DNA of 64,000 bases from Octopus vulgaris (lineage: Eukaryota): the NCBI GenBank assembly GCA_951406725.2, contig OX597820.1, positions 26,040,001 to 26,104,000 on the forward strand, given 5' to 3'. Each line of letters starts with the position of its first letter. Position 1 is the first letter of the stretch. The position numbers and the translations under genes were made by a program. The notes under the pieces were generated by a model. It saw nothing but the letters and a program-made list of their open reading frames with translations. It ran no database searches and was not told the origin of the DNA. This document shows, in pieces, positions 1-12,200 of this stretch.

Positions 1-69
1 AACAGTAACACTAAACTGTGAAACAAGGTCAAACTGATACTTATTTTTTTTTTTTATTTTTTTTTTTTA

Positions 70-513
70 CCCTTTTGTTACCAACCCAGCTTAACTCTTT
101 AGTGTTCGCATTATTCTGCCAAAATTAATCCTTTTTTATCTAAATTGTTTTGAACTAATCATGCATTATCTTGAATCTATGAGATTTTGATGAGGTACCT
201 GTAATTTTTAAAACGATATTGTAGGGTTAGTGTGAGAGACCAGATCTGGCCAGTCTGACCATAAAACAGGCAGAATACTTTTGGCCGGATATGGCCGGTT
301 TAAAGGCTAAAGGGTTAAACCAGCTCTGGCTCTGAGTACAAATGTCTTGTTTTCATAAGTTTTGAATTAAAATCTTCCACCAAACCTTAATCACAATTTA
401 TGTTCCTAACACTAGCTGAATGATAACTAAGTTATTTTACTTAATTCATTGTTATATTTAAAGTAATTGAAAGAAACACAGAGCATCTCAAAATGAATAC
501 AGTAACGAAAGGG
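70..513 (+). mobile_element. piggyBac-type MITE family E, interrupted by a family D copy
   Basis: TIR cccttttgttac / gtaacgaaaggg followed by TTAA (514-517); matches the copies at 646-859 and 23785-24005. Confidence 0.8.
95..314 (+). mobile_element. piggyBac-type MITE family D nested in family E
   Basis: TTAA at 91-94 and 315-318; termini ctctttag / ctaaaggg. Confidence 0.8.
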
Positions 514-529
514 TTAAATGTGATTTTAA

Positions 530-952
530 CCATTAAGTATTCAGATTGCTTGGTTAACCATAATACATAATTTTCACTTGTTTTGAGTTAATCTTGCTTT
601 ATCTCATAGCTTTGAGATTTCAATGATGCTATTGTTTATCTTTAACCCTTTCGTTACCAACCTGGCTGAAACCGGCTCTGGGTACAAATGTCTTGTTTTC
701 ATAAGTTTTTAATTAAAATCTTCCACCAAACCTTAGTCACAATTTATGTTTCTAACACTAGCTTAATGATAACTAAGTTATTTTAATAAATTCTTTGTTA
801 TATTTAAAGTAATTGAAAGAAACACAGAGCATTTCAAAATAAATACTGTAACGAAAGGGTGAAAATAAGTGTGAGAGGCTAGATCCTGCCAGTAGTAACC
901 TAGAACAGGTAGAATATTTTGGCCAGATATAGCTAGTTTAAATGCTAAAGGG
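530..952 (+). mobile_element. MITE family D copy interrupted by a family E copy (646-859)
   Basis: D body on both sides of an E copy that has TIR ccctttcgttac/gtaacgaaaggg, TTAA on the left and TGAA on the right; D ends ctaaaggg-TTAA. Confidence 0.75.
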
Positions 953-1029
953 TTAATAAACTTTACATATTTTTGCTTATTTTTAAACTTGCTTGGTCTG
1001 CAGGAAGAGGTAGTGTCCTCTTTGACCAG

Positions 1030-1465
1030 TAAGATTGGTGCCATAAATGGTACTCTTGAACATTTGGGCCCTTTGGAACACCTGTGGGGTCCCAGAGGGC
1101 CAATGTCCTGGGAAGGAAGAAATAGGTGTAGTGATTAGTGTAGGACTTGGGGTGGAACATGGACATAAGGAGGAAAATGGGAGGTGGACAGGAATGTTTG
1201 ATTGACAGGTGTCCAACCAGCTCCAGGGAGCAGAGCATATTATAGTACTGGTAGAAAATGTTGAGAGAAGTGATAGCACGTCTAGGAAAGATCCTGGGCC
1301 ATGTCTTTGAATAATTTATGTCAAATTGATATCCTAGGCTATCCAACTATGTCCCAGGCCTGAGAGCAACACTTCATTTTAGGCCTCAGCTGAGCTTTGC
1401 AGCACATCTAACTGTTGGGGGCTGAAGTATCTTCTCACTCTAAAGAGACTGGCTAGTTGTCGGAT
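1030..1465 (-). mobile_element. Decayed CR1/L2-group LINE, RT C-terminal region
   Basis: Frameshifted translation LFRVRRYFSPQQL..KAQLRPKMKCCSQAWD ... RRAITSLNIFYQYYNMLCSLEL ... NHYTYFFLPRTLALW; same family as 42990-43600. Confidence 0.75.
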
Positions 1466-2366
1466 GAGGTACTATGTTGAATTAAATGTAATCTAATTCC
1501 TTCAGTTCAGTGAAGGCTAGCCTAGTGCTCAACTGCAGTTTATGTACACTATTGATTGATACATAAAAATACCTAAGGTGTAAGATTTCTTTTAGCTCCA
1601 TCTTCATTGGGTTTAGATAAGATTAATCCTCTCTTACATAGGACACCAGTCTGTCCCAGAAGATTTAGAATCTGTTTCCTCCTAGATAAATGATGTGAAG
1701 TACATTAAATTATATTTCCTGCTTAAGGCTCATTGCTTTTAATTTCCTCTTTCATTTCACCTCCACTGCTCTAATTTTATAATAACCTTTATTAAACTTT
1801 TGACACTTAAGGATACGTACAAATTGATTAAGCTTAGTCATATGGGCAGATTTGGATGAGAGCATAATAAACTGATCCTCTTTCATTGTATTTTTAATCC
1901 AACTCAGCATTAGAATAACTTGTAGAGAAGTCTTAGTGTTAGGTATTTTGCTGTATATTATCCTCTTTACCTTTTTGTTTTCTCTACAGCGTCTCTTACA
2001 GAAGTTGTTTCTCTCACCATTTAATATTACTAACCTTCATAAAATAAGTAGTCCATGCATTTTTGTTTCTGCTTTTCTCTTTAGGAAAAAAATGCTGGCA
2101 GTGTTTTATGCTTTGGCCGGTACAACACAATATCTCCAGAAAAGATATCTGTACACATAGCTTAGATAGAGCTGCAAGAAGACACTACATAGATAATGTT
2201 CCCTTTTTTGTTTTGTGTGTGTTTTATATACTCTGGGTGGGGAGGTTATGTATTCATGATACTAAGTTCAAATCCTCAACCAGTCAAGGTGAGAATAACT
2301 AGTTCAGTGTATTGTCTAAAATTATATGATCTCTTTTGATGATGTTGCAATAATGTGGTGGGTTTA

Positions 2367-2562
2367 AGGCAGTTAGCACACTGGGTGAAATGCTTAGCAA
2401 TATTTTGTCTGTCTTTACATTCTGAGTTCAAATTCCGCTGAGGTCAACTTTGCCTTTCATCCTTTTGGGGTCGATAAATTAAGTACCAGTTGTGTACCAG
2501 GGTCAATCTAATCAACTGGCCCCCTCCCCAAAAATTTTGGGGCTAGTTCCTAGAGTAGAAAA
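2367..2562 (+). mobile_element. tRNA-SINE family A (Nin/Deu-like core); other copies ~18265-18447(-), 18507-18670(+), 24805-25033(-), 28371-28976(+, split), 38170-38380(-), 41555-41700(+), 52172-52377(-)
   Basis: Shared B-box gagttcaaattcc and core gaggtcgactttgcctttcatcctttcggggtcgataaa-ttaagtaccag in all copies. Confidence 0.8.
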
Positions 2563-3127
2563 GAATGTGGTGGATTACTAGCCTAAATTGTCAAACTTAC
2601 CCCATTGATGTCAACCCACATGAAATCGCTCTTGGTTTTTATGAGTCATGCTTCATGATTCAAAGTAACCTAAATTACGTTTTAAATCAAAATTCTGAAT
2701 CGTTTTATGCTCCAGCTTGATATAACAAAGCATTTTAGTAGATCCTTAATTTTCTAAATAAACTGAAACAAAGTCAGTATATTTCAACAGAAATATGGCA
2801 ACAAATGAGTTAAACCAAAACCAATTGTCAGGTGAGATTCAGTCTTTATTAAAGCTTAACCAACTCTTTTGATGCCAACCCACTCGATTCAAAGCTGCCC
2901 ATTTGAAAATGTTCATATTTAAATTAAAACTACAAACGATTCTTTTATGTAAAATCCTTTTGTTATAAACACCAGTTTAATAGTGGCAGTTATTTTCAGT
3001 TATTTTACTAAATCACTTTAAATTCTTTATTTACAAAAGGAATTGAAAACACTTCAGCAATACATTTTATTAAAAATGTAGTCAGCAAAGGGTTAAGGAT
3101 TCTGTATTTTAATTTTTTTTATACTCA

Positions 3128-3516
3128 ATTAGCAGTATCGCCCGGCGTTGCTCGGCTTTGTAAGGGAAATAACTATATAAGCATTTTTAGAGATGTAAAG
3201 TATAATAGCCATCTCAATATGGCTAACAACAAGGGGGGGGGGTGTTACTGTAGCTTTTTATGTTCTGAGATTTAATAATAAATTTTTAGAGAGTTACTTC
3301 CCAAAAGTGCATTAAAAATGGGAGAAATTGATGGTAAATTTTTTTAAAAATCATAGACTCATCGTAGACACGCACTAATACCCAGAAGGGCTCGATATAA
3401 ATCATGACTATAAGATACCCGGTTTTGGTTAAACTGCACCGCAAAATGTGGGAGTAGTTAGGAATCTAAATCGTAGGAGACAGACAGCACACAACCTCAC
3501 TTTTATATATAAAGAT
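3128..3516. mobile_element. Non-autonomous Helitron/Helentron-like element
   Basis: One end a(t/c)tagcagtatcgcccggcgttgctcgg (GC-rich subterminal stem), other end cagacagacag..ttttatatataaagat; no TSD. This architecture is typical of invertebrate rolling-circle short elements. Confidence 0.5.
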
Positions 3517-3703
3517 TAGCATTCAAATTCTGTCAAATGTAATGCATATCGTTTTGAATTAATTGAATATTATCTCATAGCTTCAAAATTTCAATGATAT
3601 AAATTTATCTTTAGAATGGGGGTGAGAGGCCAGATTTAGCCATTTTGAATACAAAACCAGTATGATATTTGGGTTGGATGTAACTAGTTTAAATGCTAAA
3701 GGG
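3517..3703 (+). mobile_element. MITE family D, 5'-truncated
   Basis: D body ending atgctaaaggg-TTAA. Confidence 0.7.
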
Positions 3704-3935
3704 TTAAGTGAATTGAATGGTTTTCATGTTAGTTATTAACCATGGCTTCTGTGTTTCTGTTGAGAGTACATTTTGGTAGTTGTGCTCTCAAATGGGAATT
3801 CAGTTTTAGACTGAAGTCTTACATACAAATGCCGATATTTGGCAACTGTATTGATTGATATATGTAGAATAGTTGGAAGGGTTATTGTCTCTCGCTTAAA
3901 ATTTATTTCTCTTAAATCTTCACTTTTTCACAGAC

Positions 3936-4166
3936 ATGGCAGGAAATATTGGTTATGAAGATGGACACCCCAACATAAATTCAATTGGGCATGCTAAACC
4001 ACCATTAAGACGTCAGCCTTCGTATTATACTCCAGACATGGAAGATCGGATGCGACGACGTTTGAAGTTCCATTTTATGGACCCCATAGAAAAATTAAAA
4101 GCCAAAAAACGAATACCATGGAAGATGTTGTTACAAGTGGTGAAAATTATTTTGGTAACAATACAG
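3936..4166 (+). CDS. MCOLN: TRPML coding exon 1 (MAGN...VTIQ; PI(3,5)P2-binding basic region and start of S1)
   Basis: Acceptor ttttcacag ends 3933, ATG 3936, donor CAG|GTAAGT after 4166. An upstream exon (UTR or short coding) is implied but not located. Confidence 0.95.
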
Positions 4167-5811
4167 GTAAGTTTACTCCCAATTATACATAAGCATGGGC
4201 AAGGCTATGTGATTAAGAGGCTCACTTTGTAACTACCTGGTTTTGAGTTCAGTCCCGCCTTCAGCAAGTGTCTTTTACTATACCCCTGGGGTGACCAATG
4301 CTTTGTGAATGAATTTGTTAAATGGAAAATGTGTAAAAGTCTGTTGTGGGAGTTTCTTTTTGCCAAAGCTTGACAACTGAGGTTGGTTTGTTTACATCCT
4401 CATAATTTAGCAGTTTGGTAAAAGAAACTGACAGAATTAATTCCAGGCTTAACAAATAAGTACTGAGGTTGATCTGTTTGACCAACCAACTTCAAGACAG
4501 TGCTCCAGCATAGCCACAGTCCGATGACTGAAATAAGTAAAAGACAAAAGAAAGATATTCTTATTTAATGTTACTTGCATTTTTATGTCAGTTTCTCCAC
4601 TTTTAGCATAAGTTGGACAGGAATCTTTTGAGCCAGTGATTCCCAATCATCTGCCTCTTTTGATCATAGGTTTGTTTCATCAGCGTTGTAGTTGTTGAGC
4701 GAACAGTCTTCGTCTCAGAGCTCGCAAGATGGGAGAAGTCCGAAACGTGGTCCTTTGCTATTCGTAAGACCCGCAGAAGAGAAAACAGGTCAACCCCCGA
4801 CACCGAGAACATCGACAGATGTATGAATGCGCATTCAGGCTCAGCGGTTGCGTAGGAAGTCGGGGACAAGAAACAGGAAGAAAGCGTGAGAGAAAGTTGG
4901 GGCGAAAGAGTACAACAGGGGTCGCCACCACCCCCTGCTGGAGCCTCGTGGAGCTTTAGGTGTTTTTGCTCAATAAACACACACAACTCCCAGTCTGGGA
5001 ATCGAAACTGCGATCCTCTGACCGCGAGTTCGCTGCCCTAACTACTGGGCCATTGCGCCTCCACTTTTTCATCAGGGTTGATCTGGGATTAAACAACAGA
5101 ATCAAAGACAATGAGCCAGCATGGGATCCTGTGTCTGATAATTCAAACTGCTAGAAGTAGCAGTGCAGCCAAATTTCTCTTGATTTACATTCCACTGCCT
5201 TAACAATCAAAGGATTACATTGGATAAGATAGTATTGAGGTTGGAAATTCTCTCCTTGAAGATCTGCTCATTTAAGATCAGATTTTAAGATCAACAGTAA
5301 GCTGCTGCTGCTGCTGCTGTTGTCACTGTTATCAATGCCCTTGTCATCTTATCTCTTTTGTTTATCAGAAAATTATTTTACTAATTCTCAATAAGATGAG
5401 CAAATTTAAGACCATCTTTATGTGGAGGGACTGGGGCGAAGGTGAGGCAGTGTGGTTAAGATGTTCGCTCCCTAATGACATAGTTTTGGATTCAGTCCCA
5501 CTGTATGGAATCTTGGGCTTCTCCTAAAGTGCTTTCTACTATAAAGCTTTAGACCAACAAAAGCCTTGTTTGTGGATATAATTGACAGAAACTGAATGAA
5601 GCATTTCATCATATGTGTTACTCCTTGACACTTGCATAATAGTTGTAAAAGTATCACCATGATACAAGTGAAGTTCTTCATTTCCAGTCGTCTGTGAAAA
5701 TATGTTTGGTGATGGGGAAACATTAATCCTACTTGGAAACCGGTAAAGGTTGATGACTTCAATAAGTTACATCTGACCCATACAAGCATGAAAAAGTGGA
5801 TGTTAAAAGGA

Positions 5812-5846
<35 letters not shown>

Positions 5847-8800
5847 TTTAATGATTTCAATAATTTATATTAAGATTTTTATAATTATCTTCTTATCTTA
5901 TATGTATTGAATTATAATGTATATATGTATGTTATTAAGGTTCTCATTTTTGTAAATGAATAAATAAGTCAACATTCTAATATCCGAAAGCTGATGAACC
6001 AACTAAATTGTTTCTCCATTTTCTTATTTGTATTATAAATTAATGGTAAAATATTTCTTTACCTTCACCCATTAATACAATAAGTAAGTTAATTGCGTTG
6101 CAATTAAAAACACTTGTGTATTCAGAATTTGGGTATTATACCAACAGTATATTGGATCGGTATTATCCCTTAGTGGGTTGGATCCATAACCCCTAACTTA
6201 CTTGGTATATATTTTTATATACATATACATACACATACATCTCTTAATGTAAATAAATTGGAATTAAATTTGTAAAAGTAATTAGTATAAATGCTACTGA
6301 GCTTTGACTAAGCAAAACACAATATTATTTTTCCTGGATGTTATTTTCTATGAAATTTTTTTTCTATGTTAATTTACTTCATCAACATTGAAGTTGAGGG
6401 TTCCCCTAGTGACGTTTGAACTAGAATCAGACTGAATTAGGTGGCTGCTGAAAAACATCTGGTCTCTGTCTGTCTCTCACTCAACATGGAAGATATTTTA
6501 AAACCACTTCAAGTGTGTGTTAAAGAACGAGATACAAGTTGGTTGTAGTGAAGGTGTCCTCCAAAATAAATGGGGGTGGTTGCTGTTTAAACCCAGATTC
6601 ATCTGGGTTGAACTGAACTATGACTGAAGACCTTCCAGCCTTAACCATCTTGTCTATTTTCAGGCATGATCTAGTCTAGATACCCTGGACTAGTTTAATT
6701 ATCAAATGCATCTCTGCTGTGATGTTGTGGATGGTTTGGTTGCTAATTGTAACAAGTGTAGGAAGCACACAGAAATTGTCAGTTTTCATTTCACAAATGC
6801 TTACCGTATGTGCTAATAGAAAACTAGTGTTTTGACAAAATTCTGTTGTAAAACTAATTATTTCAAGCTAAACTACTAACTACTTAGAAAATAGCTTCCT
6901 CCAATTACTCCTTCATATTTTTATAACATCCGCATCAGCCAATGGTGATACCTCTATGTAGTCACTGACCTGCTAGAAATGGCAACCAAACTTCTCATGT
7001 GATACACTAGCATCTTGAAAATGTAAGGAGACCTATAAATCCAGGATTATGTAGTCCTGAATACATTAGACTTCAAACAAAAGTCAGATGGTCTGGGGCT
7101 AAACAAAAATATTTATATTCAGATCTCTGTTTTCATTATCAAAGCTGTACGATATTAAAATAAATTTCTGCTCTTCTGCCTTTTATTTACCAGAAGGCTG
7201 GAGTCATTCAACTTAAATCACATGACAAAATTGTAATGTTGTAATGATTGAATAGATAACAGATGGTTGAGGAAGCTATCTGCTATATACTAGTTTTATC
7301 CTGGGAGATCTTTGTCCCTAAAACCACTCTACATTACAGAACTTTGAGCTGAGTACCAAACACAGTACAATTTGTTGAGAGCCAATGAGGTACCTGCTGT
7401 GCTTGGCACGCTAGAAAGAACAACCAAATCTCCCTCAAATCACATGTCTTGAAGTAGGATTGATAATAGAGAAATGTTACTTGACTTGGAAATGGGTGAG
7501 GGTTGGCAACAGGAAGGGCATCCAGCCATGGGGAATCTACCTCAGTGAATTCTGCCTGACCTATGCAAGCATGGAAAATTGGACAGCATTAGGATAGAAG
7601 TGTGTGTGTGTGTGTTGTACCATTGTCTGAGAAGATTGAATATTATTGCTGAAAGCCATCTGTTCAGTTAGGGATGACTTGATAAAGCTGTAAAACATTT
7701 GATCTAGCCTATGTCTTTTTTTTTTCTTTTAAGGTATTTCAATGCTATTTGAGAGAGGGAGAGGAAAAGGTTGTTATTTTGAAAAAGCTAATGCTTAAGT
7801 CTTCGTTTAACTCCAGGTCAGCAGCAACTCTAGGATTCAAATTGTATCTAATATTGTTGTTGCTACTATTTTTCAATGACCGGTGTCATACAACTGGCAC
7901 CCATGCCAGTGGCATGTAATAAACACCTTTTGAGTGTTGGGCCTCACAGAGGCTATGACAAATGAAACCATGCCAAATCAGACTGGAGTCTGGTGGAGCC
8001 ACTCAGCTTACCAGCCCAAGTCAAAACCATCCAACCCATGCCAGCATGGACAACACACACTAAATGATGATGATGGAAAAATGGACATAAAACTAGTAAG
8101 AGTGTGTGTGTGTGTGTGCATGCATGCTCATACATTCACATACTTGACTGCGGTAAGAAGTTTCTTCCCAACCACATGGTTTCAGGTTCAGTTTCACTGC
8201 ATGGCACCTTGGTCAAGTATCTTCTGTTTGTTGCCCTCAGCCAATGAAAGCCTTGTGACTGGATTTGGTGAACAGTAACTGAAAGAATCCCATTATAGGT
8301 GTGTGTCTGTATTGTTGTCTCCAAGCCTTGACATCTCATAGTTGTAATTGAGTAAGATGTGTCCTTCATTTCCAACCTCCTGTGGAAACATGTCTGATCA
8401 TGATGGAAAATATTACCTCACAAGGTAACAGGTGAGGGTTGCTGAGATGTAGTGCATCAGGCCATAGAAAACCTACTCTGACAAATTCCATCTGATCCAT
8501 GGGAAAATGGATGTTGAAATATTAATTTCATGTAGTGTTGTGTTTTTAATTTTGTGCATTGTTTTGAAGATGGTTATGATAACTTACCTTCTGGTTTTTT
8601 TGAAATTTTTGTTTCCAGTTGTGCATTTTTGGTTTGGAACGAGGAAACTTTGTGGACTATGTTGAGAAAAATACAATATCATTGAAGCACCTATTTCTGA
8701 AAGACTGGGAAGCTGCCTATGAAACCCTTCCTTACCCGCCTGCAACTGGCACATATGCTGTCTACGAGATCAGTTCTGTTTTTGAACATATTGATTTTGT

Positions 8801-9227
8801 ATCAAATCAGGTAAGTTACTAATTTGCATGTTAGAGAGAGAGAGAATGTAATATTTGTAATGTCTTGGGAAAGTGTCTCCTGCTATAATCCCAAATCAAC
8901 CAAACCTTTATGAATAGATGTGGTAGATGGAAATGGATAGAAGCCCATTGTGTGTAATACCCTTTAACATCCATTTTCCACGTTGGCATGGGTTAGACGG
9001 TTTGACCAGAGCTGCACCAGGCTCCTGTTGGTTGTTTTGGCTTGGTTTCTATGACCTGGATGCTCTTCCTAACACCAATCACTTTTACTGAACATACTGG
9101 GTGCCTTTGGCGTTAGGAAGGGCATCCAGCTGTAGAAACTCTGCCAGATCAGATTGGAGTCTGGTTTGCCAGACCTCAGTCAAATCGTCCAACCCATGCT
9201 AGCATGGAAAGCGGACGTTAAATGATG

Positions 9228-9258
<31 letters not shown>

Positions 9259-12200
9259 TCACATGTGAAGGTGCGTGGCTTGGTGGTTAGGGCATTCGGG
9301 TCATGTATTCGATTGCTAGCGACGTGTTGTGTCCTTGAGCAAGAAACTTTATTTCATGTTTCTCCAGTCCACTCAGCTGGCAAAAATGAGTTGTACTTGT
9401 ATTTCAAAGGGCCAGCCTTGTCACACTCTGTCACACTGAATCTCCCTGAGAACTACATTAAGGGTACACGTGTCTGTGGATTGCTCAGTCACTTGCACGT
9501 TAATTTCACGAGCAGGCTGTTCAGTTGATCTAATCAGCTGGGACCCTCATCGTCGTAACCGACTGAGTGCTCCTTATATATATATATATATATAATATGG
9601 AGGGATAGGTATGTCTCTCTGGCTTGACATCATATGATGCGTGTAAATGAGAATTGTCCAATCACAGGGTAACATTACCTTGCTTGGAAACAGATGAGGG
9701 TTGGCAACGGGAAGGGTATCCAGCCATAGAAAATCTACCACCAAGAAATTTCATCTGACACATGCAAACCTGGCAAAGTAAATGTTATGATAATGAGAAT
9801 TTGTGTTATTAGATTTGTGTATATTAGAAAATTATCTAACAAGAATGATAATACAATTAACTCTTTAATAAGTGTTTAATTACCACCTCAACTGCCTGTA
9901 TCCAAACAAACTTTTACTGAGTCACTGTAGGTTGCATTGATTCAATACTTTTTGTGTCACTGTCTGTTTCTCCTTGTCTCTTCATGCTCCCTGCCAGTTT
10001 TACAGACATCAGTGATCATGAACCTCCATACCAAAGCCTGAAAACTCCTGAATATTTTTTGGAAAGATAAAGCAGTGGTTTCCTATTGCCTTCTGTTAGT
10101 GTATTCAGTTTACTCTGGTACATTCTGCTGTTCTCCCAAGCTTAACTTTTGAAGCATAGGGCATATTTAACCTTTAGGCAGAGGGATTAGTTCTGGTTTC
10201 ATCAGGGCATGCCCACACACCATTAAGCCAGAGCAGATCTGAAAGTAGTGTTCACCATCATCAGAACCAAAAATTTCAAAGCCACCAGAAAAGAAAAAGA
10301 AGAAATCAGACAAATGGAGAGAAAGGCTTGACAAAATCAGCCTTGTCCTTTACCGATATTACCATGCAATCAATGCCATTGATTCTACTATGCAAGAATT
10401 GGTCTAGTCATCAACTTCCATAAAGGAAGTATTCAGCAAAGAAAATAAATTCTTGAATATGACTATGGAAAGTCACTAAGGTGTGACTCCATATTCTACA
10501 AACCTCTTAGATTTCCAAGCTAGAACCTGACCACCTGATGAAGTTTATTGCCTTGCCTATGATGTTTGCATTTTTATCTTACCTTAATTCTTAATTATGA
10601 TATCTAATTACTCTTCAATGTCATGTTATTTACTAGTTTCAATCCTTCAGTTGTGGTTTTGTTGGATCACTGTTTTTAAGGGATTTTTCTCAATTATATC
10701 AGCCCCAGTTCTTAGTCTGGCACTTCAATCATCTGTTTATTGAATGGTTAAACCTTCCTTTGACATAAAGGGACTATTTTGTTTGACATACCAAATTACA
10801 AATGATATATCATCATTGTTTAACGCTTGTTTTCCATTGCTAGCATGGGTTGGACGGTTTGACCGGGGTCTGGGAAGCCAGGAGGCTGCACCAGGCTCCA
10901 GTCTGATCTGGCAGTGTTTCTACAGCTGGATGCCCTTCCTAACGCCAACCACTCCATGAGTGTAGTGGGTGCTTTTTACGTGCCACTGGCACAGGGGCCA
11001 AAGGAGGCTGGCACAGGGGCCAAAGGAGGCTGGCAACAGCCACGATCAGCTGGTGCTTTTTACGTGCCACCGGCATGGGTGTCACAACTACAATTTCCAT
11101 TTGATTTTGATATTGATGTACTTGACTCAATAGGTCTCCTCAAGCACAGCAGGTCACCATATATATATATATATATAATCTGTGAGCTGCTTTTTTTAGC
11201 AAGTTATTTGATCATATAGAGGCTTTATCATTACCTAAGTGTCTGATACATAATATACTGCTGTTCAGCAAGTAATGTAGAATTAAACTGTGATTAACAC
11301 ATCAATAAACTTTTTATTTTTATCTTTTATTACAGTACAGTAAAATGAATCGCATAGCAATTGGAGGATACCATTTCTGGCACCACAATGCTTCTGCAAT
11401 TCCAACTGTTTCAATGTGCAAAACTAATTATTATTCTGGATCTTATTTTCCTAACGGAACATTTATTTTCAACCCAAGATTAATTCGCAGTAAGTATTTC
11501 ATCAGAATTACCTTTCATTTTTTTTTCACTTTTCCTGTTTTTTAAAAATATATGTATTTTTTTTTCTCATATCTTTTCTCTTATGTAGATTCAGGTGTTG
11601 CTGTGTGGTTAAATTTGCTTTCCAACTGCACCTTCTTGACTTATGAGCAAGTTCTGTTCCAACTGACAGGTCATAAGTTAATCTGGTCATATGTTGGGTA
11701 GCTGATGCTTGACAGCAACTGAATGAGGCAGTGACAGGCAGTAGATACCTGGGTCTGAGGGAGGCCTGCATTGTCAGATGCTGCCATAGTTATCATACAC
11801 ACAGTCCAATACCCAATGTCCAAAAATCGTTAAACTTACTTTAAACTTTATCTATTTTTGTGGTCGTAAGTGTGGAAGGTCATCAGTTGCATAGGTCGTA
11901 AACCAAGGTGTGCAAAGTTTCAGGTTCAGTCCCACTGTGTGACACCTTGGCCAAATGTCTTCTGTAGCTGGAGGCTGATCAAAACCTTATGAGTGGATTT
12001 GGTGGATGAAAACTGAATGAAGCCTCTGTGTATGTGTTCTTTGTGTCTTTGTCATGACATCATGTAATGTGTGTCACTGTCACACAAGCAGTGTAATTTT
12101 TTTTTCCCAAATATTTTGCAAAAACCTGTCTGGCCATGAGGAAATATTACCTTGCTTGTAAACGAGTAAGGGTTGGTGACAGGAAGGGCATCTCCTTCTA

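Noticed and set aside
4990-5064. tRNA-like sequence with A and B boxes (also 9265, 23546, 31713)
   Set aside because: Heads of multi-copy SINEs that continue into core and tail regions; no complete cloverleaf/acceptor stem.
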